Assembly (NCBI GenBank): GCA_964016885.1
Contig: OZ024743.1
Span: 85,994,001-86,058,000, forward strand
Source of the DNA: Eledone cirrhosa
Taxonomy: Eukaryota
Reading direction: 5' to 3'
DNA: 64,000 nucleotides
Under the pieces are notes generated by a model. That model was not told the DNA's origin and did not search any database. It saw only the letters and a list, made by a program, of their open reading frames with translations. Positions 34,836 to 47,955 of this stretch are shown here, in pieces. The position numbers and the translations under genes are program-made. The stretch's first letter is position 1. The number at the start of each line of letters is the position of its first letter.

Positions 34836-36190
34836 GGTTATAACAGTGGAGTTCAAGACCGGCTGCCCATGGGAACTCCTATACGCAGATGATCTAACGC
34901 TCATAGCTGAATCAATGGCCGAACTAGAGAAGAAATTCCAAACATGGAAGCATGGCCTAGAATCAAAAGGCCTTAAAATTAACCTGTCTAAAGTTCTAGT
35001 TTGTAGGAAGGAAAATAGGGCGCCAGTCCCATCCGGGAAATGACCATGCTCAGTGTGTAGGAAAGGAGTAGGTAGAAACTCCATTTTATGTCCCAAATGC
35101 AAAGTATGGGTGCATAAAAGATGTAGTGGGATCACAGGTAAGCTAACTAAGAACATAGATTTTATATGTGGTCGGTGCTCTGGTGCAATAAGTAGCAGCA
35201 AGTGCCCACAGAATACTAGCTCATTCCATTGCACAGATGGTTCTATAGAAATAGTGGACAGCTTCCGTTACCTGGGTGACAAAATCAGCAGTGGGAGAGG
35301 GTGCTCTGAAAGTACAGTAGCTAGAGTCAAAACGGGATGGAAAAAGTTCAGAGAGCTTATACCACTATTAGCCGCTAAAGGGTTCTCCCTAAAAATGAAA
35401 GGCAGGCTGTATGATGCCTGCATACAAACAGCAATGTTGCATGGCAGTGAGACCTGGGCATTATGTGCAGAGGATATACGCAGACTGGAGAGGAACGAAG
35501 CTTGCATGCTCCGCTGGATGTGTAATAGTAATATACTTGAACGGCAAAGCATAAACGAACTAAGGGAAAAATTAGAAATAAGAGGGATCAGATGTTGTTT
35601 ACTCGAGAGAAGGCTACGTTGGTATGGTCACGTGGTGCGCATGAAAGACGACAGCTGTATAAAAATAGACGGTAGCCACGGAGTAGGCAGACCCAGAAAA
35701 ACCTGGGACGACTTGCTAAATTCCGACCTCACACACTTACACCTCTCCAAGACAATGTCACTGGACCGAGATCTTTGGCGCTACGCAGTAATACAGAAGA
35801 CCCGCCTTGCCTAAGTACAAAGTGAAACCTACAGTCAGTAGGCACCTCCAACAAAATACACCCCGTCCCACTACCCCCACCCCATCCACACCACCCCTTT
35901 CAATGTAAAGTTATGTTGGTACCACAACATCGAGGCCGAATCAAATGAGGTCGTGTAGGTGTCACGACAATAAAAACACACAGTCCACGCTGTAATGTGG
36001 CCGTGTAGGTAACACGGTAAAAACCTCCCAGTTCCACACTGTAAATGTGGTTGGTGTTAGGAAGGGCATCCAACCGTAGAAAACCCGCCAGACAGTCCTA
36101 TGCGAGCAAGACAACCACTCTTGCCTCAAGTGGGAAAACTCCCGTCCAAACCCATGCAAGCGTGGAACACGGACGTTAAACGATGATGAT
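34836..36190 (+). mobile_element. 5'-truncated RTE-clade LINE (partial RT with YADD, PHD-like insert, thumb, 3' UTR); TGA at 35041 interrupts the ORF
   Basis: ELLYADDL; FRYLGD; MLHGSETW; RLRWYGHV; GRPRKTW; (GAT)n tail. Confidence 0.95.
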
Positions 36191-36329
36191 ATATTATGGT
36201 GCGGCCAATCTGGCCAGACTTGTCTCATGATGTGGACGACCCATCTAACCCATACAAGCATGGAATATATATATATGCGTGTGTGTATGTATGTATATGC
36301 ATATATATGTATGTGTGTGTAATCAACCT

Positions 36330-37310
36330 GCCTCCGGAGAACAGATCAATGCACTTCAGATACTGGTTAAGAGAATGGTGCTTACATTTGTAATACCTGA
36401 GGAGCCTGGTATATGTTGATGGAAACTTAGACGTGGAAATCACTTCTCACATTCAAAGGGCAGCAAAAGCCTTTGGCAGCCTATAAGCTAAAGTCTGGTC
36501 ATAGTGCCATATCAAAGGTAAAAAAGATTTCACCAGAAATGCCTCTGCCACATATTCAGAATAAGCTGGTCCTTGCTCTTTCCTAACAAACACTGAAGTT
36601 CTCACTGAAGCTAGAATCACATCAATCCAAGCCATGCTTATTAGGAATCAACTACAATGGATAGGCCATCTCATCTGTATGGATGATGAGCACATTCCCA
36701 AGCACATGTTTTATGGTGAGCTTATCCTGGGAAAGAGAAAAAGTAGTAAGCCAAAGAAAAAATATAAAGACTTTTTAACCCTTTAACATTTAAACAGACT
36801 GTAACTGACCACTCATATCAACGTAAGGTATTGTTCCCAAAATCTCATAGATTCAATATTATGGGAGGTAAAGCCTTTACCGTGAAAATACAATAGTAAT
36901 GTAAATGCTAAAGGGCTAAAATCAAATTTAAAATGTCTTAAATTATGTTACAAAAGTCTTGAATCACTGGCAGCAGTTAGGGAAACATGGTGAGCTATGA
37001 TTTGGAGTAGTGTTAAAGATTTTGAAGTTAAGCATGAAATGAGAAGAAAAGTTAATCAAAATGAGATTAATAGCAAAAACGTGGAAGGGAGGGGGGTGAT
37101 TCTTGTTCTTTCTCTAAATGTTCCTTGTGCATAACAGTATGCATATCTCATGCTGGTCTGAAATTGCATCAGAGTGCCCATGCAGGCTAGGTACACATGA
37201 AGTCAGGTGGAGGATTGAAGCAGCACTTGAACATTCATAATAAACAAACAGAAAATGGAGCCTGTGCTGAAATGAGATATTACTGCAATATTTGCAGCCA
37301 TCTTTTTAAA
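36330..37310 (+). mobile_element. Degenerate RTE/BovB-like LINE 3' fragment
   Basis: D.EI..RA.KAFG; NTEVL..A.ITSI.AML...QLQWIGHL..MDD..IPKHMFYGEL..GKR motifs. Confidence 0.7.
36775..36919 (-). mobile_element. piggyBac-type MITE family A (reverse, deleted) inserted in an old LINE
   Basis: TTAACCCTTTAACATTTAAAC ... GTAAATGCTAAAGGG. Confidence 0.75.
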
Positions 37311-37544
37311 GGCCTATATATATATATATATCAGCACTGGCTCTGAAACATCTGTTTTCAAGAATGTCACCTATTTCCCACCAGTTTTCAAGAATGTCAC
37401 CTATTTAATCTATATTTAAGGTAAAATATTTTTGTTGAATTCATTAAAAAATATTCAACAAAATCTTTATTCATCTCTTAAATTTGTTGATATTTTGAAT
37501 AAGTTTCAGTGCTTTTAAAATACTTGTTTCGGCTATTGTTATTA

Positions 37545-38751
37545 ATTTTGTCAAAGGCTTATGGCAAAACTCTCTGCAATGGGTGTGAAGGATGATCTTT
37601 TTAACTGGTTGAAGTCCTTCATTCTCAGTCGAAGAGAGGTAGTCACGGTCCTGGGACAGCATTTCTCACCATATGAGATGTCATCTGGTGTACCACAGGG
37701 ATCTGTTCTTGGCCCCCTTTTGTTTGTAGCATATATTAATGACATAGATGCAAACTTAAAGAATGCCACAGTACTGAAATACGCAGATGACATCAAGCTG
37801 TACCTTGAGATAAAAAGGACAGATCCTGAACACTATAGATCTTGCTTGCAGCCTGACCTGGACACAATGCAACAATGGATTACAGACTGGCAACTCAAGC
37901 TAGCTGTGGACAAGTGCATCACCATGCATTTTGGGAGGAAAAACCCAGCATCCACATACTCCCTCCACAGCACTAATATCAAGAAGTCTTCTTGTGAACG
38001 CAACCTGGGCATTACGGTCAGCAGCCGATTTGCGTTGGACGAAGCACGTCTCTAAAATTGTCAAGAGGGCCGAGGGTGTCTTAGCATCACCCAGCAAGAC
38101 CTTTGTCAGCCGCTCTCCAGCTATCTATTTAAAGCTGTACATGGCTATGGTGCGGCCACACTTAGATTTGCATCACCAATCTGGAACCCCTATCTTGCTC
38201 AGAACATTGACCGCCTGGAAACTGTTCAGAGACGTGCAACCAAGCAAATACCCTCCATCAGGCATCTACAATACTCTGAATGCCTTGCTTCCCTGGGCAT
38301 GGATACATTGAAGCTCCAACGCCTGGCAACTGACTTGGTTAATAATTTTGTGGGTGTTTACCATCTTGCCAACAACAACCATGAGTACCTTTTTGATTTC
38401 CATGTGTCTAACACATGTGGGCATGCCCACAAAGTCAGAAAACAGTACAGTTCCCATGACTTTCGGAAACATTTTTTCACGCTAGAGTTGCTGAAGCATG
38501 GAACAAACTACCTGCATCAGTTGTTAGCTGTTGAGACACTGCATCCTTTAAAACCTCCATGCTTCCCGAGATTCGCCAACACTACACCTAATGTTCCCCC
38601 TCCATACACATACACACATGTATATCATGACTCATACACTATTCCCTTCCCTGACATTTGTATATTATTCTATATACTATACATGCACCTTTGACGAGTT
38701 GTAGTGCACCTGAGCACTTTACACAATAATTTCATTATTATTATTATTATT
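37545..38751 (+). mobile_element. CR1-clade LINE, 5'-truncated and frameshifted
   Basis: SGVPQGSVLGPLLFVAYIND..KYADDIKL; MVRPHL; LETVQRRATK; (TTA)n tail. Confidence 0.9.
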
Positions 38752-40789
38752 AAATAACGACAACTTTTGAAGCTATATATATATAATTATTGGTGGATTG
38801 GCAGTATTGGTAGAAGGTCGGATGCCATGCTTTGCCGCAAAGAATTACAGCTCTTTATGGTCTGAGTTCAAATTCTGCTGAGGTTAACTTTGCCTTTCAT
38901 CCTTACGGGGTCGATAAAATAAAGTACCAGTAATGCACTGGGATAATTGCTGGCCTTCTGCCAGAAGTAGAAATAATTATTATTAAAGTTATTGGGCAGT
39001 GTCAGTAGAGCTTTGCAGCATAAAGTTACAGCCCTTTGCGTTCTGAGTTCAAATCGTGCCAAGGTTAACTTTGCTTTTCACCCTTACAGGGTTGATAAAA
39101 TAAAGTACCAGTAATGCACTAGGGTCGATTCATTCAATTTTCCTCTCCTTCCAAATTGTTGGCCTTGTGCCTAAATGAGAAATCATTATTAAAGTATAAT
39201 TATCAGAAGTAATAAAACATTGTTTACAGTTTGAATCTAGTGTTTTGATCTTTCATAAGACTTATTTAGATATAAATTCAGTTGTTAAAAGGGTCGTTAA
39301 ACCGGAAATTCTCTTCATATAGAGTTGTTATGGCTTAGTACTGAATTTCTTTATAAAATATTTCTCTATTTCTAGCTGATACTTTAGATAATCCTTTGAA
39401 CATTTATATATATAAAAAAGAATATTTTGAATTTGCTATTCCCACAAATTTATAAATGTTCCCTTAGTGGAATTTTCCTTAGTTTTCATATTTTTTGTAC
39501 TCATTGATTTCTTCTGACAGGACTGAGTGTTTTTTTAATATTATCTCAGAACTAGTTTGCAAATAAGCATCGTTATCATCACCGATTAATGTCACACTAG
39601 CATAGGTTAGATGAGTTGTCCCATCGTGAGACAAGCCAGATCAAATGACCATGTTTTTCTCGTACAGAACTGAATTTAGCACGTTTTCTATAGCTGGATG
39701 CTCTCCTTAATGCCAACCACATTTACAGTGTGGACTGGGTGCTTTTTGTTGTGACACCTACACAAATCACTTTACAGTGTGGACTGGGTGCTTTTTGTTG
39801 TGACACCTACACAAATCACTTTACAGTGTGGACTGGGTGCTTTTTGTTGTGACACCTACACGACCACTTTACAGTGTGGACTGGGTGCTTTTTGTCATGA
39901 CACCAGATTTTAGCTCAGAACATAGACAACTAAACACTTTACCAATATTGCCAATTCAACACCCTCTTTTTTTATTTTGTAATAATGGTTTCTGATTTAG
40001 GCACAAGGCCAACAATTTTTGAGGGAGGGAAATGTCAATTAAATTGACCCTAGTGCATTACTGGTGCTTTATCTTATTGACCCTGGAAGGATGAATGGCA
40101 AAACTAACTTCGGTGGGATTTGAACCCAGAATTTAAAGGGACATAACTCTATGCCATGAAGCATATAATAAACATACATCCAGTCTCACTGGGTATTTAA
40201 AGGGTTAACAAGTTACAGTTACTTTAGCAGCCAGTGCAGCAGAACCAAGAAGATTTGAGTTTTAATTATTAATAGTTGTATCCTAGGTTTACCTTAAGAT
40301 ACACAAATATACACACACATGGTTTTTCTGCACACCTTTTGACAGACTTGCTCTTAAAATGCGTTTTTCAATCAAAACTCTGTGTGGTGACAACTCTCTC
40401 TACCTATCTATTTTTCACACACACACACACACTCACTGTATTTCTCTCTCAATAACAACAACAACCACCTGTCATTATAGTGAAAGTCTTTTTTATAAAT
40501 TTGCATACAGAAACTAACACACAGAGAAATGACATCTGGTTGTAGAACATTGCTTCAAAAAGCCCTGTCCAACCCATGCCAGCATGGAGAAGTTAATGTT
40601 AAAATGAGGATGATGGTGGTATATATATTACTGCGATCACTCTCTGTTGTTACTCTGAGTTTCAGTTACCTGCAGGCAACTTGATAACTGGTAACTATGA
40701 AACTCAGAGTGGCAACAAAGCATAATCTCAGCTATATAATAAATAGAATATACAATATACTCTGCTTGGATATTGAGCACTTTTTCTTT

Positions 40790-42140
40790 GTGCCTTGCTC
40801 AAGGACTTAAGTCTTTTCTTGAAGAAGTATGTACCATCCAACATAAACTAGTTATTAGTGACATTGCAGTAAGAACCAAACAGACTCAGTCACAGAACAA
40901 TTTGGAGAAGGAGGATGTTAAAATAGAAGTATCCCTGTTAAATATAGGTTCAGAAATGTTCTAAGTGATGCTTATGATGAAAAGGAAGAGATAGATACTT
41001 ATGAAGGGTGTTTGGAAGTTGACTGTAGCAACCAGTTGAGGGCTACTTATGAGAACAGTGGTTTAAATAAGGTACCTGCTAGATGAAAGGTGACTTTATG
41101 GTGAGTTTATACTGTAGATAAAACCATTAAAGCTAGGAGGCAGGTATGGGAAGACTAGAAGAAAGAGAGTGGAAAAGAACAAAAAGGAGCTAGATGTCAA
41201 GTTTACATAGCTTGAAGAGAAGCTGAAAGCAGGTTTGCTAGTGTCCTGTAACAAAAGAATCAAAGGTGTTCTACATTGTAAAGCAGTGAGTCAGTGTGAA
41301 TCTGGACACTGTTAGAGAAAAAATGTTCAAAATGACACCAGTTCACTTAGCCTTACTGACACTAAGAAGAAAAAGGCCTGAACATGTTACAATGAGAAGG
41401 TGCTGAATGTACTCAAATAGGGACCAGCTATCAAATGTTGACAGCTAGAAATCAAAGAAGCCACCAGTGAAATGATAAAGAGAAAACCTGTTGGGTCAAC
41501 AGAGAGAGTAATTGGAATGAAGATATCTGAATATCACTCAAGCTAGTCAATTTCATAGTCAATCAGGTGTTACAAGATGGGGTCATACCTAATAACTGAT
41601 TTAGCAGTATAATGATTAATCACTACAAGGGAAAAGGTGATACTCTGAAAGGACCAACTACAGAAGCATTAAACTGATGAATCAACTAAAGGGGCATTAA
41701 ACTGATGGATCATGTTATGAAAGTATAAGAATTTTAGCTCAACTAATTAAGAAAAGAATCAGATGAGATGCAGTTTGGATTTGTGACAAGATGGAGCACC
41801 ATTGATAAGACAACTACAGTGGGAATTAGAAGAGAGGTTCCTAGTTAAGAGCAATTTACTATATTTAGCTTTTGTTGAACTGGAGAAGGCCTTTGATGTA
41901 TCATGATAAGTGGCTTGTGAGAGCAGGTTCATTGGAACTCATATACTGATGACCTACTACTTATAGCCAAATCTGTGGAAGACATTCCAGACATGGAAGC
42001 AAAATTTAGAATCAATGCAGCTCAGAGTAAACTTAACAAAGACCAAAATCCTAACAAGTAGGAAAGAAGATAAAATCTTGTTGCCTTTAGAGAAATGGTC
42101 ATGCTTCATATGCAGAAAAGGTGTAGGGAGAAACTCCATA
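40790..42140 (+). mobile_element. Highly degenerate RTE LINE fragment
   Basis: QHKLVISD, YKGKGD, EMQFGFV, AFVELEKAFD and KWSCFICRKGVGRNSI motifs. Confidence 0.8.
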
Positions 42141-42733
42141 CAGACTGTGATAACTTGTTCAACCCATGACAGCATTGAAAATAAACACAAAATAATGATG
42201 ATATTGACCCAGAAGGATGACAAACAATGTTAACCTCGGTGAGATTTTAGTACATGACTACAAATAAAATAAAATAACCCACAATTATACAGTGTTATTT
42301 GGAACTAAAGGACAGCCAAGTGTGATTAGATTATTTCTGCCAGGAGCTGTTTTATTATTTGTGACAGAATGTGGTTAGAATGTCTCAGGAAAGATACGCT
42401 GGACAGATTTTACGAACAAAACCAACTGGCAGGAGATCCAGAACAAGATGGTTAGAAAGCATCTATGAAGTTGGCTGGTCACACTTGGGGATCCAGCCGG
42501 ATCAGTTGCTTCTGACAGGACCCACTGGAAGGCGTGTTTGAGGACTCTGTCACCACAACCCAAAAAATAAGGTTAAAGTCTGTCCTAAGCCCAGAAACTC
42601 AACAGGCTGGTGCTTATTATGGTTTCATTGGCATTAAACTGAGAGTGCATGACTCTCCCCTGAACAGGATACCAGTTCATTGCAGGGTTAACCCCGAGCT
42701 ACTATTCCTTTTTAGCTGAATGGACTGATGCAA

Positions 42734-43115
42734 TCATCATCATCATCGTTTTTAGGTCCACTTTTTTATGCTTGCATAGTTTGGACTGGTCCTTCTCAGC
42801 ATGGCATCTCTCCACATGCTGCAATCCTTTGTCATCACCTCTGTGAGTCTCAATGATTTGAGGTCAGCTCTCACAACCTGTCTACCTCTACTGCAACTTC
42901 CTTCCACTAGCGTTTCCTGGCACTTCTTCACCAACGATCATTGTCCATGCACATCACATGTCTAAACCAACACAGTCTTCTCTCCTGCACGCTACCACCT
43001 CGCATTCCTCTTAAACCTAGCTTCTCCTTCAACTCGTCAAAGCTTGGCCTCTCTCTCACACTTACATTGCATATCCACTGGAGCATGGTTGCTTCATTTC
43101 TCTCCAATCTCTGCA
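42734..43115 (-). mobile_element. Diverged RTE LINE 3' fragment
   Basis: RLERNEA.ML.W.C..ERRLCWFRHVMCM; (ATC)n tail. Confidence 0.8.
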
Positions 43116-43559
43116 ATCTGAAATGAAATGTTTTGCTAAAGTAAACAACATGCCACCCTATCTGGGGATTGAACGACTACTAGTTTCTCTTACCACCCCT
43201 ACTCTCTTCAACTTTGTTAATCTCCATTTTCATCCTTCTTGTGTTGATATAATCGAGTTGACCCCTTCCACCAAAATTGCTGGCCTTGTGCCTAAATTAG
43301 AAACCATGTCAATCCCTTGTTTTTTTCAATACTAGATTTACAGTTTTCCAGGATTTATACTCATTTTTTCAAAATGATGGAGGTGATTTATCTCCTCATG
43401 AAACTGACATGTAAATAACTGGGCATTTCATACATGCGTGTACCTAAATAAGAAAATATTATGTCAATTATTTTATGGTCATGCGCTGAGTGACCAGGAG
43501 ACCCGCATGGTTAAAGGATTTCATCACATCCTATCAGCCTCCCCCCCCCTCATTCCAAG

Positions 43560-45163
43560 GGAGCTAACTTGCATCGCCCTACTTCTCCCCTCCCACCTCC
43601 ATTGTCGGATTCTGTCAAAATGAGTTCTACTCATCCTGTCATCCACCCCACCACTCCTGTAACAGCTAGCTTGCCCCCAACTGAGTCCCACTGCCAGGGA
43701 CAACGCTGATCACCCGGTTCCCCCTTCTATCTGTATCGTTAACCTTCCCCCACCAACTTCCCACCATCTGAACCCTAATTCTAATGTTGACTCCTCAGTT
43801 GTTGCCAATTCACCACCAAACTGTGTCCTCTGTTCCCGAACCAGTCGTTATCTAAAGATAATTGCATGTCACTCCTGCTGTCAAAACTACCACAGGAACT
43901 GTGTTGGCATTACTAAGGTTCAAGCTGAAAGTTTCTCAAACTGGACATGTAGCCAATGTCACTTCAGCTCCAATTCCCTTGCAGGTCTGAACCTAACTCT
44001 GACGTTCAGATCTCTGTTGAGGACTTTGCCGCTGCCCTCCGGGACTTGTCTAAGAAACTCATCAACAGGATCTCAAAGGGGGCTCGGTCCAGTTTCACCC
44101 GTGCTCTCTCCAAGCTGCTGAAGAACATCTGCCTATCCAATGACATCTTGATTGGCAGAAACTATTCTTGTTCCCCTTAGTCTCTATCCACGCGTCCAAC
44201 ATGAAAGCCGAATTTCTCACATCCTCCGTAAAATGGCAGTTTGAGTTGTTTGATTCAACCCCAACTACTGCTCATCTCAGGTCGGCAATTAACTCAATTC
44301 AAACCAATGGTCGATTGCCGAACTTAAAGGCGGCTGTCAATGCTAAATTCAATGAATTTGACATTAAAGGGGCTGTTCACCTCCTCTCCTCTTTGTCATC
44401 CCTAACATTGGTGGCCTTCTCAGTCAGGACGAACTCCATATCTCCATTGCACTTCGTGTGGGAGCCGACGTCTGTTGGGGTCAGAGATGCTGCTGTGGTA
44501 GATCCCTCGACTCCACAGGTTTACATCATTTGTCCTGCTGCCTGAATGCTGGTTGTTTTGCCTGCCACACAAAGCTAAACCTGATCATCAAACAGGCCTT
44601 GGCTGGTTTATCCATATCCAGAAGTGATGGGAAGAGACCAGACGGTCTTACCCTTTGTCCCTAGGTGAGAGGTAGATGTCTCATCTGGGATGTCAGTGAC
44701 TCTTTTGCCCCCACTCATGGACGCCGTGGTGAATGTGGCGGTCACTGTTTCCGCTGCCGAACGGAAATTCGGAAATACAAGGACTTATCAAACATTTTTT
44801 CCAGCCTGTTGCGTTCGAGGCGTTCGGGGAAGTTGGGCCATTGTCAGTGAAATTCTTGTCTTCACTGGCAGTTCACCTTACTGAGGTATCAGGTGATGCC
44901 CGGTTATTTCAGCGCCTTAGCCTCGCCATCACCCGTGGTAGTGCCGCGAGCGTGTTAGTTTGCCTGAAAGTGTACAATTAACCCCCAAGGTGTGAGATGT
45001 TGCCGATTGTCGCACTTGGTGGTGAATTGCCCCCCGCCCTCTCCCCATTTTTACTCCTTTCTTTCATTTATCATTTTTGTTCACGATTTTATATTTTTGT
45101 GTCACTATACACGGTTTTGACATTTAGACAACTGTGAATAAATTCGTTTCATTTTTAAAAAAA
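43560..45163 (+). mobile_element. CRE-like (REL-endonuclease) non-LTR retrotransposon, internally deleted, with N-terminal PHD finger
   Basis: PHD at 43822-43960; RISKGAR; DGKRPDGLTL..GRCLIWD..FQPVAFEAFG..LFQRLSLAITRG; AATAAA and a short A tail. Confidence 0.7.
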
Positions 45164-45779
45164 ATTTTTCGACAACAAAATTGAATAGAAAATAAACAGT
45201 TATTATATTGATCGGAAAAACTGAAAATACTGTGAACTACCCAAGTACAAGTCGATTTATAATAGATAACTGAACACCCCATCAAGTCTATATTTTTTAC
45301 TGTTTTAACTGATTTAGTTTCTCAAAAATGAGTAAAGGAATTCAAAGGTTTTTCTGAGTAAAATAGCGGACAGTGAAAGCAACAGGATTAAGAAAAAATA
45401 AAAATAAATTGGATAGCCGGAAGGAAGTAAAATTAACCCTAGCTGTGTTTGAATTCAGAACATAAAGGGACATAACTAAATGTCGTAAAGCATTTAATTC
45501 GTTATTTTATAATTTCTACTACTCTTTTATTGCTGTCATTTCTTCGTAGTAATAAATAATAATGTATTTCGACTTAAAAGCCATTTTTTGTGGCAGAGAG
45601 TTTCCGAAACGAATACAACTATTATATCCAATCAACATTTTCATAATACCCATGTGAAAAACCCGGACCACCAAATGAATAGCTTTATCACAATAAAAGT
45701 CTATTTTCTCCAAAATAGCAAGCTACAGTATTTTTACGATATAGTATAAATTATGAAGTAAATATTGAAAAAGACATAG

Positions 45780-45975
45780 AGGTAATTTGAAAGAAAAGAT
45801 GCCTTTCTTCTTCGTTTATCATTTGCTCCGAGATACTAGTAATGGAGCTCAGTTCACTTCCGGTATTTATGTTGGAGATTTTGTGTTTTGAAACGGGAAT
45901 GCAAAGAATCTCCGATGCAAAGTGTTATTTCATACCCAATGCTTTAATACCAGCCCTGACTTTGTTGGAAGGTTA
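45780..45975 (+). promoter_or_regulatory. Candidate NFRKB promoter / non-coding first exon
   Basis: Largely repeat-free region with locally more CpG. ETS-type CACTTCCGGT at 45855-45864 and a donor-like AAG|gttagt at 45971/45972. The ATG-containing exon begins with an acceptor, so an upstream exon is required. Confidence 0.4.
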
Positions 45976-47199
45976 GTGGACGGGAGTTTTATTTTTTTTT
46001 ATATTTCAGAAAGATCCACGCCAGGCCTCTGTTGCTTGTGTTCTGACAGCATGGATCTTTCAGATCTGAAAAATTAACAAAGCATTATAAGCCTTAAGTT
46101 TCTTTAATAATCGTCTTCTTACTATATCCGGGGCAATGGATAAATATCGTTGATGTATTGTTAGTTTAAGTAATATTTTCTTTTCTTCTGACGCGTTTAT
46201 GTAGTCATACCTGTAGATTACTACTTTAATAAGCCGTGTGATTGACCACTAATAATTGTCTTAATAAATAACACTATATTTATTTTTTGGCGGAGACAGT
46301 TCATGTTACGTTTGTAGATACAAATGTTCATTTATATAAATACATATCCATCTATTTGACACGTATATTATACAATTAAAAAAATAGCAACTATTTCCCA
46401 CTATTCTTGGAAAATGTTACCTTTTTTTTTTACTATTCCAATCATTGCACTCTAGTATTCGTTTAATAATTCAATTTCTCGTAATACTTGAAAATAATTA
46501 TATAATCTAAAATAAACGAGTTATATAATCATACCTGCTATGATATTACTAAAAACATTTATCTACAATCATCCTATTTTTGTCGTCTCTCTTTCCCCCT
46601 AAACTTGACAATCTCGTATAATATAGGTTGGTTTAACATGATTCCGAATATTAACAACAATTACCTAATTCTGTTCCTATAACAAGATACATTTTAGTTA
46701 AACCAAATGTTCACTGTCCATAAATACAGTCATCTAAAATAAACAATTCACCCTTAGATAAAATGTTCCTTAATTAGCTTGGCACGATTTGACCTTTTAC
46801 AGACAGTTACAGACAATTTAATCAATCTCTGATATATTACTGGTATTTATATCATCTAGTCCCTCCCTCCTTGTCAGCATCTATGTTGCTCGATTTGCTA
46901 AAAATAGCATTCAGCTAAATAGCTTTCAGATCCATTCTTCTGCTTTTAATATCTCTGATTTTGAACAACAACAAACAACGATTGGTCATAGCACGAACAT
47001 AGGTTTGCTTGTTCAGAGTTCACCTGGTGATAAATAACAACAATAATCTCCCGTAACATTCAATTATTTCATAATATATTTGAATAAGCGTAAGAATATG
47101 CAGATATATATATAGTACTTAAAAAAGAGGAAATAATAAGGAAGAAAAATAAGAGGGGGGAGGGGGAAAGATCTGCAGACTCAATCACACAAGACAAGA

Positions 47200-47540
47200 C
47201 GTGCTGGGGTTTCGCTTTAATAATTTTTAAGGCAAGCTAACATACTTGCAACATTGTCGCAGGTGATAGCGAAGCTAAGGCACTGAAATATCCCTGCATC
47301 CTCGTGGGCATCAACCGATACCTTGGTGAGGCGATCTGCTAACAATGACAAGAACCTTGTCAGCGGTCCAACTCTATGGCTGAGAAAATAGTTTGCCAAT
47401 AATTCCTAGTATTTTAGAATTTTATTTTGTTCAGCTACAGAAACTGTGACCTTCACCCTTACCACAGCATTCAGGTGCAAAACAATTGCTGATTGTGGCG
47501 TCCCACATAAGACATCTGTCTCTTACTCTTACCTGACATG
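47200..47540 (-). mobile_element. CRE-like element 3' fragment
   Basis: VGPLTRFLSLLADRLTKVS.D....IFQCLSFAIT..NVASMLACLKNY. Confidence 0.7.
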
Positions 47541-47863
47541 TCTTTCATTGTGCCATTGTCACATCTGAAATGGGTTACCTTACAGGAAAGGAGTATTTGG
47601 TGGTGGTTGGGGTGTCTCTTCGTCATAGCTTTCTATACCCAAAATATACCATCATCATGCCTTTTCTATCAGCAAATATCTTACAGAATGCATTGGATCT
47701 AATTTATCATGTCATCGATCATAGCGAAGTTGTGTCCATCTCATACCAACATAGAAAACAGATCCAAAATGATGATGATATATATATATATATTAAAATA
47801 ACAGATTAAAGTTTAAGCAAAGAATCGCTGCTTTCACCCTTAACGGAATCTTCTGAAACTCAA

Positions 47864-47893
47864 TATATATATATATATATATATATTTGTGAA

Positions 47894-47933
<40 letters not shown>

Positions 47934-47955
47934 TATATATATATATATATATATT
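47864..47955. repeat. Compound (TA)n microsatellite (others at ~1756, 31973, 32883, 34776)
   Basis: Directly visible. Confidence 0.95.

Noticed and set aside
34823-36198. 10-bp TSD ATATATTATG around the RTE copy
   Set aside because: The motif is low complexity, and the two flanks do not look like one interrupted sequence (microsatellite on the left, SINE body on the right).
43477-43512. Ribozyme at the 5' end of the CRE-like element (GGTCATGCG..CGCATGGTT stem enclosing CTGAGTGA)
   Set aside because: The core deviates from CUGANGA, and there is no GAAA or stem III; only a simple hairpin is supported.
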